From: Lama guanicoe
Lineage: Eukaryota
Assembly: GCA_013239625.1 (NCBI GenBank)
Contig: MU054925.1
Coordinates: 8,622,018-8,686,017, forward strand
Direction: 5' to 3'
DNA length: 64,000 nt
The notes beneath the pieces are model-generated. The model was not told where the DNA came from and ran no database searches. It was given only the letters and a program-made list of their open reading frames with translations. This document shows, piece by piece, positions 24,461 to 36,760 of the stretch. The position numbers and the translations under genes were made by a program. Numbering within the stretch: position 1 is the first letter of the stretch; each line of letters begins with the position of its first letter.

Positions 24461-25886
24461 GGGTGTTCTCAACAGGTTTTGTCCTTTAGTCTACCCTGGA
24501 GGAAGCCAGCGAGTGAATAGTTCCACAGATCCTGCTCCACCCCATACCCCGTGCCTTCACCCAAAAGTCGGATTTTGACCAACAATCTGGTCGACTCAGG
24601 AAAAAATCTCTGAACTAAAACAGTGGAGCTTGCTGTTTCAGGTCTAAATCACTTTCACTGAGAAACCCGCATCCTGGCAGCTTGCAGCAGATGGAGAAAT
24701 GTCCCCAAGATTTCAGAGCCCAATGTGATACAGACGGCGGAAGAGTCAGGACCTCCTAGCTGAGCACTGTTGCTCCTCGGGGTGAGTACGAGCCTCAGTG
24801 AGGTCCATAAGCACACATCCGGGCCATGAGTCCTCTCCTCCTCTCCTCCCTCGAGCCTACACCCTCCTGCATGCTAGCCCTGCACTCCACCCCTGACCTA
24901 TAGCCCCTCTCTACCCACCTTACTTTCCCCAGACTCACCTTTATTCCCCCAACTCAGGGAGTATGCTGGGCTCCAGGGTCTTCAGAAAAAAATCAAATTT
25001 CATTTTTAGATGAATGCAGAGTCCTGCATACCTTTTTAAGTTACTACCTATGCTTATGAAACTTCTCAAATGGTCTGAATTCACTTAGCAGTCTGATTTC
25101 CCCACCAGACTTTTCTGGACTTGATAGACACTGGTTCACTCTTAAGATCAGGGGTTGCAACTCATTCCTCCTTTCACTTGGTCACTATGATCAGAGGTGG
25201 AAGAAACTTTGGTGAGTGCATAATTCTAGCCACTTTTGGCCTTGCCATAACGCCCCGTAGCTTGGAACAACCACTTGTGAGGCTGTGAGGTTGTAAGTCA
25301 GCGCATGAACGCAGATGAATGACTGACCATAAAGCACCATGTTACCTCTTCCCCCTTGGCTGTAAGCCTTATCACTATTCATAAAGTTAATTCAAGTCTT
25401 TAAAAAAAAACACTTCATTTCAATGATGTCCTTCACACAGATCACTTTTTAGTGTAACTAAGATGTGGCTCAGGGGAATCCATGAATTTGGAATTGTGGC
25501 GCTCACTCTGAGACAAATTCCTTGCACTGAGTAACGTAGAGGAATGATAAAAATCAGACCCAGCAGACGCTAGTCATTCTTCTAAACTCAAATCATGCTT
25601 TTTGGTTATATATTTACTACTCTGGTAGAAATCTGCTCCTACTTAAATTGGGCATATAATCATACATCCACGAGAAGAGAAACTGTTTACGTGTTAACGC
25701 ATTACCTGCTTTTCAAAACGCTCCAGACTGCTCCCAGCACACCTTTCCCACGGCGCCTGTCCACGAACACTCCGCTCCACCAAAACCAGTCTCCCTTGCA
25801 GACACGCCCTGTGCTCTTCCCTCTACATTTAAAGGCTCCCCAATGGCTTTTAAGATTTTGTCTTTACATTTGGCAAAGATACATCA

Positions 25887-26169
25887 TTTAGGATCGCCAT
25901 ACTGTTTTCCACAGTGGCTGCACCAAACTGCATNNNNNNNNNNNNNNNNNNNNNNNNNNNNNNNNNNNNNNNNNNNNNNNNNNNNNNNNNNNNNNNNNNN
26001 NNNNNNNNNNNNNNNNNNNNNNNNNNNNNNNNNNNNNNNNNNNNNNNNNNNNNNNNNNNNNNNNNNNNNNNNNNNNNNNNNNNNNNNNNNNNNNNNNNNN
26101 NNNNNNNNNNNNNNNNNNNNNNNNNNNNNNNNNNNNNNNNTTAGGCCTTCTGCCCATTTTTGGATTGGG
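25887..26169 (-). mobile_element. Short internal fragment of a relatively young LINE-1 (ORF2 C-terminal region) spanning the assembly gap
   Basis: 'ccatactgttttccacagtggctgcaccaaactgcat' reads CSLVQPLWKTVW on the minus strand, the conserved L1 ORF2 C-terminal motif. 'ttaggccttctgcccatttttggattggg' on the other side of the gap is also L1 ORF2. Confidence 0.85.
25934..26140. other. Assembly gap (207 N)
   Basis: Run of N seen directly. Confidence 1.
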
Positions 26170-26174
26170 CTCTA

Positions 26175-26330
26175 ATGAGAAAAAAACACTTTTAGAATGA
26201 AGGCAAAATAGAGACGTTTTCAAATGAACACACAGAGTTTGCCGCCTGTAGACTGATTTAAGGATGTACTTTAGTCAGAAGGAAAAGGATATGAGAGAGA
26301 GAGTCTGATGCAAAAAGGTGACTGTTTTTA
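26175..26330 (+). mobile_element. Old L1M ORF1 3' remnant
   Basis: 'ttttagaatgaaggcaaaatagagacgttttcaaatg...ttaaggatgtactttagtcagaaggaaaaggatatgagag' resembles the L1M ORF1 C-terminal SFKNEGEIKTF region. Confidence 0.6.
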
Positions 26331-26379
26331 AATGCTGAGTTGTATGTAAGCAAATCTACATGAATACTGATGTCTACCT

Positions 26380-27330
26380 GAAAACTGTTAGAACCAGTTA
26401 AAAAAAAAATCAGTTAAGTTCCAGGATACAAAATCAATATACAAAAGTCAGTTGTGTTTCTGTGCACTAGTAACAAAGTATCAGAAAGAGAAATATGGAA
26501 AACAGTCCCATTTACAATTTCATCAAAAAGAAAAAAATACCTAGGAATGAGTTTAACCAAGGAGGTGCTAGACCTGTACACTGAAAACTGCAAGACAGTG
26601 ACGAACGAGACTGAAGAAAACACACAAAAAATGGAGATATTCTGTGCACATGAATGGGAAGAATTAATATTCTTACAATGTCCATACTACCCAAAGATTC
26701 AGTGGTATTTTTCACAGAAATAGATTAATCCTAAAATTTTTATGTAACTGCAAAAGACTCCAGAGAGCCAAAGCAACCTTGAGAAGGAACAACACGGCTG
26801 GAGGCATCATCCTTCCTGGTTTCAAACTGTATTATAAAACCATATTAATCAAGGAGGTTTGAAAAGGTTTGAAAGCAGGGACTGAAACACACACCTCTGC
26901 ACCCATATTCATACCAGTGTTATTCACAGTAAGACGTAAGCAACCCAAGTGTCCACGGATGGATGATTCCATAAACAAAATGTGGTAAATACACAATAAG
27001 CCTTCAAAACTAATGTCAGTGTGGATGACCCATAAAGTCACTATGCCCAGTGAGACGAACCAGACCAAAAAAGGACAGTCTATGATCCTACTAGTACGAG
27101 GTGTCCAGACAAGTCAAAGTCAACAGCACAAAGCAGGATGTATGTGCCAGGGGTTGAGGAGAGCTACTGCTTAATGGATGCAGCTTCACTTGGAGAAATA
27201 GAACGAGTGCCAGAGAAGAATGCTGAGGTTATTTCTACAACAATGTACATCTACTTCATGTCGTAGAGCTATGTGCTTAAAGCGGTATAAAAGGTAAAAG
27301 TCATGCTGTGTAGATTTAATCACAGTGAAA
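26380..27330 (+). mobile_element. L1M (L1MB-like) ORF2 fragment plus 3' end
   Basis: 'caggatacaaaatcaatatacaaaagtcagttgtgtttctg', KKYLGMSLTKEVLDLYTENCKT in the ORF track, 'caacccaagtgtccacggatggatga...ataaacaaaatgtggt'. Confidence 0.85.
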
Positions 27331-27800
27331 CCCATGAATGAAGTGCTGACACTTGTCACAACGCGGATGAACACTGAAAACATCCTGAGAGAAAGAAGTC
27401 ATGCAGAAAAGGCCACCCACGTCATACCCATCTTGTGCACTTAAAATCGGTCCAGGTTGTGAAAATAAGGAGAGGAAAAAACAAACAAAAACAAAAACAG
27501 TTCCAGGAAGGGAAAACTGGGTCAGTATAGAAACAGACATTGCCATACAGTGGGGGCAGGTAGTCAAAGTTTCCCTGGGTCTGCGGATGGAATTCTGAAG
27601 TGGAAACCAGAACAATTCCTCACCGGGGGTCATGTGGTGGTAGAGTGTCAGAATTTGAGGGAAAAGCCCACCAGAGATTTTCATCTTAAGTTTGGTGTAT
27701 GTGCTACGTCAATGATGACTGAGAAAGCTCAGCTTACAGAGAAAGAGTAGACTTTACTGCTACTGCATGTTTTCTGTATGTTTAAAATTACTGGAAATTA
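27330..27800 (+). mobile_element. Second old L1M 3' end fragment
   Basis: 'atgaatgaagtgctgacacttgtcacaacgcggatgaacactgaaaacatcctgagagaaagaagtcatgcagaaaagg'. Confidence 0.6.
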
Positions 27801-27803
27801 AAT

Positions 27804-27834
27804 ACACACACACACACACACACATACATACACA
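27804..27834 (+). repeat. (CA)n microsatellite
   Basis: acacacacacacacacacacatacatacaca. Confidence 0.9.
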
Positions 27835-28089
27835 TGTATATATTTTTAAATCAACCATGCCAAAACCATGACAGAAAAGCAGAGAACACATCAAACTTCA
27901 CTGTAGAAAAATAGCTCCGCCGCCCAGATCCAGTTCATCCAAAATGGTTAAGCTAATCGCCCTTGTAGGAATCTACATACTACTAAGAGGCACTATGAGA
28001 AGTTAGTATTATAACCCACTATGTCTTGGGTGTTGTGAATGATCTGGATGTGATAGGAACATCAGCATTTTTGAATCCCAATTTTCCAC

Positions 28090-28725
28090 ATCAAACCACC
28101 AAAAACCTGGTAAAACTAATGAATGAATTTAGTGATATACCAACTGATCAGTTGAGTTTATTAGTGTATGGAAAGAAGTCTCAAAGAAAAATTAAGAAAT
28201 CAATCTCATTTAACAATTGCACACACACGTCACAATACCTAAGAATAACCTTAACCAAGGACGTGAAAGGCCTGCATGTGGAAAACTGCAGAACACTGAT
28301 AAAGAAACTGAAGACACAAATAAATACAAAAAAATATTCCGTGCTCATGCATTGCAAGAATATTATTAAAACAACATTTTCGTTAATTGGAATCTCTACC
28401 AAATTCAAATGGCATTTTTCACAGAAACAAAAAGCAATCGATCGTACCAGCCCTAGGAACCAAGGAAGAACCCAGAGCGGCCTGAATGATCTGAGAAAGG
28501 AGAACACAGTTGGAGGCATCTTGCTCCCTGACTTCAAACTGCGTCAGAAAGCTACGGTAACCAAAACACTGAGCTTCTGGCACAAAAAACAGGCGCGCAG
28601 ACCAGAGGAACAGAACAGGGAGCCCAGAAGGAAACCAATGTGTATGCTTTCAGTTAATTCATGACAAAGGGGCCAGCGACACGAAATGGGGAAAGGACAG
28701 GACCCACAATAAACGGTGTCAAAGT
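28090..28725 (+). mobile_element. Decayed L1 ORF2 fragment (RT C-terminal part and downstream region)
   Basis: ORF 28026-28664 contains YLRITLTKDVKGLHVENCRTLIK and GGILLPDFKLRQKATVTKT, degenerate versions of L1 ORF2 motifs, with frameshifted segments. Confidence 0.85.
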
Positions 28726-28772
28726 GAATTCTATTTCTATACAGCTTAGAGAAGAGATTAAAATATATAGAC

Positions 28773-28789
28773 ATATATATATATATATA
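28773..28789 (+). repeat. (AT)n microsatellite
   Basis: atatatatatatatata. Confidence 0.85.
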
Positions 28790-29359
28790 ATATCTCTAGT
28801 CATCGTGCTTTATCTGCCTGAAATGATTTGGGGGGAAGGTAGTGGTACCAGGATTTCTGAGTGAAGAACTGACACGTGTCGATATTGACATCGTGCCCCT
28901 TCTGGGCCCTGAGTGTATTCTCATGAGGCATGTGGGGTGGTGACGACTTCCCTGATGTAACACTCAACCTGCCTTGGCTATTGGCACTTTTTATAGCTCT
29001 GTGATGCAGTACAGGAGGAGGAATGATTGACAGTAATTTAAATGTTTTTTCAGAACTTAGAAATAACCTGGAGTAAAATGCCACATTGTCTTCCAAGAGC
29101 AGAAAAATGGGTGAAAGCCACTTCTTAAAGAAGCAAGTGGTTGAATATAAACTTGGGTGTTGTTCTGAAATTCATCCGTATATTTCATTATTCGTTTTGT
29201 TAAACAACATGAAGAGCAGAGAGCTTAAAGAAACCATTATGGGTTGATGGTTCTTTTCTGACAGGTATTTATACAAAGTATTGCAAGGAAAATAATTGCA
29301 ATGAATTGGGAAGTAAATCCTTAAGTTTTGTTTTAAATCCGATCCTCTGTTACTGCTTT

Positions 29360-29500
29360 CAGTTTAGCCAAGAAGTATTTGTTGAGCACATGACACATTC
29401 CAGGCACTGTTAGACTGCTGAAAGCTATAAAAATGAGTAAGACAAAAACCTTTGCCTTGTGGGGTCTCACCACCCCACAGCACGGAGAAATTCATGCAAA
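29360..29500 (-). mobile_element. L2 3' end fragment
   Basis: 'agtatttgttgagcacatgacacattccaggcactgttag...aaatgagtaagacaaaaacctttgccttgtggggtctcac'. Confidence 0.7.
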
Positions 29501-30409
29501 CATCACTTAGTCTAAGTCAGCCTGAGGTAAGTACTAGACTGGAAGTTCTGTCATAGCACTCGCAGGATAACTGCAGGCGAGGGTGCCTCTTACCGGGGTA
29601 GGGTCCGCGGTTGACGTTATAAAACCCTGGATGCGCACTGGCTTCAAAGATGGTGATGGGATATTAAGGACGGGGCTGTTCTGGGTGGTGGCAAGAGCCT
29701 CGGCAAACAGGCAAAGTGGGCGCCAGCTCCACCCACTGCTTGGACCGCTCTTTCCTGACGACTCCTGCCCTGGCTGGCGTTCGGACCACGCTGCCCGTCT
29801 GTCACAGCTGTCAGGAGAGCTGCAGTTTAGTTGCCCTTTTAAGAAGGCTGACATTCTGTGGTTTAAAGATGGGAGACACACCCCAACAGCCCAAAAGATG
29901 GCCTCCAGTTGTACAATTCAAAGCTGCAAATAGTTCTGAAGCCTACCAAGAAAGAGACTGCCTTCACAGTCATCTCTCAGTCCTCCCATGAGTCAAGAAG
30001 GAAGTCCCCGTCAGCACTAGCTTATCCTTAGCACGGTGCCAGCGTGTCCTCTGACGGAACCAGAGGTGCCATCCCGACTCCAGCTGGAATGTAGGATTGT
30101 TTTGTTTAGATCGCATGTATCGGGGGCTCATCTCCCATTTACGGTATCTCAGGTTGCCTTTTAAAGTAAGTTTAACTTAAAAAGAAGAGTCACTTTAGAA
30201 AATATATTAAGTAAAAATGTGGGGAAAATGGCGTTAAACATGGCAGTCACCTTGGGAGATGGTCCAGAGGTGGGCGGTGACTGCCAGCGTGACGCTGCTG
30301 CGTGGCCCAGACAGACGGGTGTGGGTTGTTTCCACTGAGCTGAACAGCAGCCAGCTTCAATGACAGATGCTTAGAAACCAGAATGATTTCATATTAGACG
30401 AGCTCTGAG

Positions 30410-30800
30410 GAAAATCAGAGCTGTGACTTGCAGGGATGGTGGCCGAACTTTGGGAGGGGTGTGGAGGAAGGCCTCACTGGAGAGGTGACACTTCGGCTCA
30501 GACGTGGACAATGATTAGCCGTCCATCAAGTGAAGAGCTGGGACAAGGGCAAGGGCAGAGCCTTGAGGAAGAAGACAGCTGGGCAAGTGAGTAAGTGGCC
30601 CAAGGAGTGTGGGAGAGAGCAGGGCATCTGCAGCCAGTGGAGATGGCTAAGAGGTTACGATTTTCTCTTTGATGCCATGAGAAGAGATGCAAGGGTGAAA
30701 AGCAGGGAAGTAAAAGGACGAAAATGACTTTTCATGAAGAGTAGCCTGGCTGGAGAATGAGTTACAGGGAGACGAGCCAGCGCAGTAGTCAGAGAAGAAA
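30410..30800 (-). mobile_element. L2 fragment
   Basis: 'ggaaggcctcactggagaggtgacacttcggctcagac...aagcagggaagt...ttttcatgaagagtagcctggctgg'. Confidence 0.6.
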
Positions 30801-33693
30801 CGGTGGAGCTGGGGTGCCTCGGACCGGGAAGTGGGGAGGGGGGCCCAGGCGCCCGAGTCAGCGTGGCGGGCAGGTGGCGCCACGTGTGTGTCCCTGTAGA
30901 CGGACCCTGGCCTCTGATGCTTCCTTCCAGGCGCTGTGTAAAGCACACACTGATCCTGGCTCCCTGGCCCAAGGCTGCTCTGAACCAGTGTGAAAACCAC
31001 TGTGTCTCTGCCCAACACACGCCTCTCTCTTCGGTCATACGCTCCCCAAGTCCCCTTCCTGGACCGTTTATATGGGCACCAAGTTCTACTGCATGACGCA
31101 CATGCTGTCTCACTCCCTCCGTCTCTCACACACACTACAGCCAGCATCTTTGGAGCACGCATTTTGTCCCCAAACACCAAATGGCCTCTCTCTTAAGTGT
31201 CATCCACTTTGGGCTCTTGTTGTTGTCCTAGTGAATCACCTCTTGCTTTCACATGACACACACACATAAAAAGCCCTGTGTCATCCACCTCTTGCTGCCA
31301 CTTCTGCTTCCTTAGAACCCTGAGATTCTTCAAATATTTCTTTGTGCAACATAATTTCCTCCCTTTTTCTCTCGATGGGGAAGACCGAGTCCTGTGAGCT
31401 GGAACTCTGGACTAACCACCAGATTACCGCGACCAGGTGCCCTCTGGTTCCCTCTGTTCACTGTCAAGTTTCCGAAGCGTGGTTCTTCGCTCCTTATGGA
31501 GAGAAATTCCAGTAATTGATAGGGCATACCATCATTTGATTACTTGCCAAAGCTTTGACTTGAGCCTAACTTGCTTAAGTAAAAGCAAAAGTTTTTTTTT
31601 TTAATGCCGTCAATGGGGCCAAAATGCTGAAATCAGCTGTTATATTAATTAATGGCATCCTACTTTCAAGGAGTATAGAGTGTTGATGTTTAAGAATTTG
31701 TAACCCCCAAAAGTATTTATTAACTAGAAAATCACAGCACTGGAAAATAATTATGCCAAACCACTGTGCTATAACAGAACCCAATTGCTTATCCAATTAT
31801 ACATTAAAGTATCACATTGTCAAGCCGATTGCCAAAGCAGCAAATGAGCCTGCCAGCAGCACAGTTTGGACGCGGTATTACCCTACTGATTGTGCTGTGA
31901 ATGGTCTTCAGAGCGCCCCTTGCGCCCTATAAACCTGCACAAACCAAGGTGGGCCATTCCATTCCAGGGCTCACCTGCCATCAGAAAATCGCTTTAATCG
32001 CTGGGACATTAAAGTTTGCAGTTTTCCCTCAGAAGCTGAGAAGCCGCTCACCACAAAGCAACCGTGGCAACCTGTCCTACACAGAGCCGATTTCTATTAC
32101 CTATTAGCACATCAAAGGGTCACTTTGTGTCAAGGAAGCCAGCAGTCAGGCTAACCTGAAATGTGTATCTGAGAAACGTGGCCCACCTGGATCTGCCACG
32201 CAGCCTCACGGCTGGCCACCACCTAGAACGTCCCTACAACGTGACATGAGGGCAGCTGGGGAACGGGACCACGGGGTCTCATATAGGAGTCACTGACTTA
32301 AGAGTCATCGGCACAGGCGGAGCGGAGGGCAAACGGCTTGCCCTTCAGGACCCCCGCTACCATTTTCCTCACAGCTTACTGGACTGAGCCTCCTGTTTGT
32401 CAGGGATGAACCCCACCCTGCCTAGCAGCTGGCCTTAGCACTTCAGACGAAAATCCCCTTAGGACAGAGCGTGGCGATCGTGGTTTGGTAGAGAAACCAA
32501 TCAGCCACCCAGACGTTCTTTGCTCTTCCAACTGTAAAAAGCCTCCATCTAGCTCCCGTGTTCATGGTACAAATCACAGTAACACTCATCTTTGTGTCCT
32601 CATCGCTTGCCGGGTAGGCGTCCAAGAAGCACTTGTCACACGGGTCTCTAAATTACGCCTTCCCTCCCCATGTACTGACTGTTCAGGTCCATCCTTCCCA
32701 TTTTCCAGATGAAACATCTGAGCCTCTTAGGAACATCACGTGGCTCATGGGGAACAGCGTTTGGGTTAGACACACCGTCCGCTGGCTCCCAGTGCACTCC
32801 TAGGTCCACTCAGGAAATTCTTGGAAATTTTCTTTCAGTTTAACATCTTTTTAAACATGGGTGATCAAACGGCCCAGAAAAGAGAACCAAATATGCAAAT
32901 AGAGATCAGCCTCTGAGCTGGGATCAGGGTCCGGCTGGGCCTGGGGAGAGTCGTCTCCCAGGGCAGTTTTCAGTAAATAATTGCTGATCAGCCGCCCCTT
33001 GCCCCAGGCTCCACCCTGCCTGCGCTTGCCTGATTTTCCAGTGCATCGGGCATTGGTGACACCACTGGCACTAGCAGTTTCAACCAATTTGATATCCTCA
33101 GGGCTTCCTCTTTCTAAAAACATGCCCACGGAGAAAGGCAATGAAACACCTTCTGAAAGGGAGGTTTGTGATGAAGCAAAACTGGGAGAAGGAAACATTT
33201 ATTCAAAAACCAATTTCCTCAGCCTGCCGTGTTCCGTAAGCCTGTCTCCTGTGCTGAGGATATTGGTCTCTGAGCCAGAGGGTTCTCCTTTATTCCCAGA
33301 GTGAGGTCGCCCTGTGGTACTCACAGTGACGGAAGGGAAAAGGCAAAGGGCCCATTTCTGGCTTCCTTGGAATCTCCTGAACACTTTATTTCATATTTGC
33401 TGCTTTTTTTTTCCTCTTTTTTTCAGAGACACCTTACAGAATCTTTAGAAATGCGAGCCAGACAAGACAGCTATCCCCGCGGAGGGTGCTAAGCAAATAT
33501 ACAACACACAGGCTAAGCCCACAACCAACCAGCAATACACCGCCATCAATGTGGCCTCAGAATCCTACTTAACACAATGTTCCCGGCAGCAACACCTGGG
33601 CTCTCAAAATAAAACCCATTTGGAGAGGCAGAACTAGGTTAGGGGGTTGCAAATATGGGTTCCCTCAAGCAGCGGAAGCTCGTTTCTCTGCAG

Positions 33694-33900
33694 AACTCAT
33701 TCGAGGATTCAACAAATAGTAACGTGGCTACCACGAGCTGACCCCATGCATCACACCTCACAGTGGTCAGCAAGCCGGACGGGCCTGAGTGGGCTCAGGA
33801 GGCTTACGCTTGAGGAGAGAAGGCAGCAGCTTAGCAAGGACTGAAATCTGATACTACCACGAGAGAGTAATAAAGAGAACCCTGTTAGGCAGCACGGTCA
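33694..33900 (-). mobile_element. L2 3' end fragment
   Basis: 'actcattcgaggattcaacaaatagtaacgtggctacc...ctcaggaggcttacgcttgaggagag'. Confidence 0.55.
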
Positions 33901-34417
33901 GGGCCGATCACACAGTGCAGATCCCCGGGAAGGACAGGGTACCTGCACGAGCGGTGAACCTGCTGGAGTCCAGTGACTGGAGATGGTGAGGAAGCGACCA
34001 ACGAGAAGGCGAGAGGGGGAGGAGCGGGCGGCTCTCCCTTCCCTGCAGGCCCAGAGGCGCAAATGCTGCCAGAGATGAGGGACGGGTGATTCACTGCTCA
34101 CATCACCCTTGTTCCGCACCGACGTTTTGCTCAGCTTAGAACAGTAGCTGGGTGAAGAGGCAGTAAGCCCAGACTTGGCACGGAGAAGAGCAGCTGGGCC
34201 CAGCTTTGCCTCTGAGCCTGGGCAGCGCTGCCGTCTGGCCTGAGGTTTGCTTACCGAGTCCCTCCCTCACCTTAACATCAGGCCCCGCTGAAGGGAAACT
34301 TTCCACAGCAAAGCAGGGGAGGCTCAAGCTATTTGCACAGGTGGCGAGCACCCCGGAGCAGTGAGGACCCGGGCTGACCTCACCAACTTCTCTCCGAATG
34401 TCCACCATATGGTTGGC

Positions 34418-34497
34418 AGGTCTGCAGGGTGAGGTGACGCCCCCACCCCCAGCCAGTGTAAGACGGGAGGGCATCAGGACGGGGCTGGCGCAGGAAA
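34418..34497 (-). repeat. Arm 1 of an 80-bp inverted duplicate (partner at 39468-39547)
   Basis: Reverse complement equals 39468-39547 at 79/80 positions; the same peptide CASPVLMPSRLTLAGGGGVTSPCRP appears in ORFs 34136-34585(-) and 39371-39703(+). Confidence 0.97.
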
Positions 34498-34614
34498 AGC
34501 TAAAGGAGCGCCCCTGGCGCCAGCCAGCCAGCCAGCCAGGGGCCTGGCACCGGGACCCACGTATTGGCAGATGAGAAATGACCAACAGAAAAATCTATAT
34601 TCCAAGGCTACGTG

Positions 34615-34970
34615 ATCACCACCCTGCTGGATTGGTCCTGCTTCCTTCTTTCCACGAGGCACTCGTTCTGCCTCTGGTTACAAAACCGCACCTTCTGAAG
34701 GGGCAGCGCACCCCCTGGCAGTAACCTCCCCTCTGTCACTTACAAATCCATTCATTTCCGATGGAGCTGTTCCAGGGCCCTTCAAAGAACCTATCACCAC
34801 CCTGCTGGATTGGTCCTGCTTCCTTCTTTCCACGAGGCGCTCGTTCTGCCTCTGGTTACAAAACCGCACCTTCTGAAGGGGCAGCGCACCCCCTGGCAGT
34901 AACCTCCCCTCTGTCACTTACAAATCCATTCATTTCCGATGGAGCTGTTCCAGGGCCCTTCAAAGAACCT
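34615..34970 (+). repeat. Tandem duplication, 2 x 178 bp (34615-34792, 34793-34970), 177/178 identical
   Basis: Both units start 'atcaccaccctgctggattgg' and end 'cccttcaaagaacct'; single difference A34661 vs G34839. Confidence 0.97.
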
Positions 34971-36069
34971 GGCCCGTGTGAGCTGCACAAACAAATTAGG
35001 AGCCAGCCTTTCCCTAATGCCTCTATTTCATTTAAAAACCTTCTTTAATGAAGATATAAGGCCTTGGATGAGGCTGAAACACCAGCTTACCATGCATGAT
35101 AGCGGATCTTTCTCACAGACGATTTCCAATGCCTGTAAAACTTTTTAAATACCCGATGGCTTAAAAGGAAAGAAACAGAGATTTCCTTGTTATGGGCTCA
35201 ATTGTTCTTTTTATATACCCTGTAAGTGACCATAATCCAAAAATCAGCACAGACAATAGAGATATAAGGCGACTTCAAACACGCACATACCCTGCTTTGT
35301 CAGAGTGAAAAATTAAAATGCAACGCCAGGCACATGACTATTTCGAAGCATCAGGCTAGAAAAGAGATACCCTCACCTTTTTCAGCTTCCTACTGTGCAT
35401 CTCCCAATTATTTATTACTGAGATGCTCCCGAGGCACCATAAACACACACACACATGCAAAAACCCCAGGCCTGGCTCACATATATACGGCTTGATTTTA
35501 AAATATTAGTATCTTTGCTCTTCCCATTAAAGCTGAAAATATTGTTGGGAGTTATAACTTCATGAATGAAAAACCCATAAAAATCTTTTAAGAGACCTAA
35601 TCTTTTAATTAATCTCACCTCAATGCTGCTCAAGGGTTTAAACGAATTTGGTTGGTTTTAAAAGATAAAAGATCAGAATGCTTTAAAATAGCTTCTTATA
35701 ATTTCAGTACCTACTTAAAGGTCCAAAAAGGAATACTTGAAAAATGCCTCGTCCTAGAATCAGGGTTCAAGACAGCTCTTTAAAAATCTCCGGTCCAAAC
35801 CGCAAGGTGACATCTATATCCCTTCTGCCATAGAGCTTCCAAGGGGCGCTCATGCCCTGGCTGCAGGGCTCCAGGGGTGAACGTGTTACTGCTCCGCCAG
35901 ACAGCCTGACCCTCGCAGCTGTGCTAGGAGACTGTTCTGCCATCTCCCTTCCCCCAACTTCTACCCTCGAGTCCTAGCTTCAGCTCTTAAGAGTCACAGA
36001 GCACAAGGTCAAGTTCATGTAAAAAAAATACTACTTTTGAGTATTAGTGAATTTGAGCTACATTTAAAT

Positions 36070-36760
36070 CTGGCAAACCCGTGGGCTAGAGAGGATATAA
36101 ACCCTCAGGGGTGCTCTGGCACTGCTGGCGAGAGAGTATATTGAAGCAACCTCTTAGGAAAACAGTTTGGCATTACCTCCTGAAGTTGACATTGACAGCA
36201 CCCTCCAACCCAGCAATCCCACACCCAGGAGTGCACCTGAGAGGCACTCTTGCTCACATACGTGAGAATTTTCAAAGAAGCTCTGATTAAAATAGCAAAA
36301 CCCAGGACATGACCACTGGTCTTCAGAAAGCAGATGACTACAATGGGATACATTCACATCATAGAATATTGCACGGTGACCATAATACTTATCTGATAGA
36401 CAATTAGGCCATATGGACTAATCTTAATAACACACTATTAAGGAAAAAATTATTCCCAAAAGATAATATGCAGCATGATCTTTTGCTTTTTTACAAAGTT
36501 GAAAGTAAATGTTTTTGAGTTGTTTTTTAGGAACACAGAGAGATGCCTAAAACGCTGTAAAAAGAAGTGAAGCAGTAGGGACCAAGGGACTCAGGGTGAT
36601 GGAGAGCTCGGTGAGGGGAAGGCAGGGGAGAGGACGGAGTGTGGGCCTATGACATGGTTAGATGTAGGACATCAAAATCGTGGCCTTTGTTCTGCGTGAT
36701 GGGGTGTGAAGATACTCATTAGCCATTAACTGTAACTGCTTACATAACTGTCTAAAAGCA
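36070..36760 (+). mobile_element. Ancient L1ME-like 3' fragment
   Basis: 'ggaaaacagtttggcattacctcctgaagttga...aacccagcaatcccacacccagg...aatgggatacattcacatcatagaatattgcac'. Confidence 0.75.

Noticed and set aside
24642-24781. Exon-like segment on + (tttcag acceptor, GGG/gtgagt donor)
   Set aside because: All three frames contain stops and the pyrimidine tract is weak; at most a non-coding exon, unsupported without RNA data
25843-26223. ORFs running through X residues
   Set aside because: Artefacts of translating the N gap
28026-28664. 212-aa ORF, the longest in the window
   Set aside because: Decayed L1 ORF2 fragment with frameshifted segments, not a host gene
30647-31180. 177-aa and overlapping 152-aa ORFs
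   Set aside because: Partly overlap an L2 remnant, low-complexity composition, no known homology
34136-34585. Shared peptide CASPVLMPSRLTLAGGGGVTSPCRP in two ORFs suggesting paralogous genes
   Set aside because: Fully explained by the 80-bp inverted DNA duplicate; the flanking translations are unrelated
34615-34970. CRISPR-like or prokaryotic repeat array
   Set aside because: Two long identical units with no spacers in mammalian DNA; a simple tandem duplication
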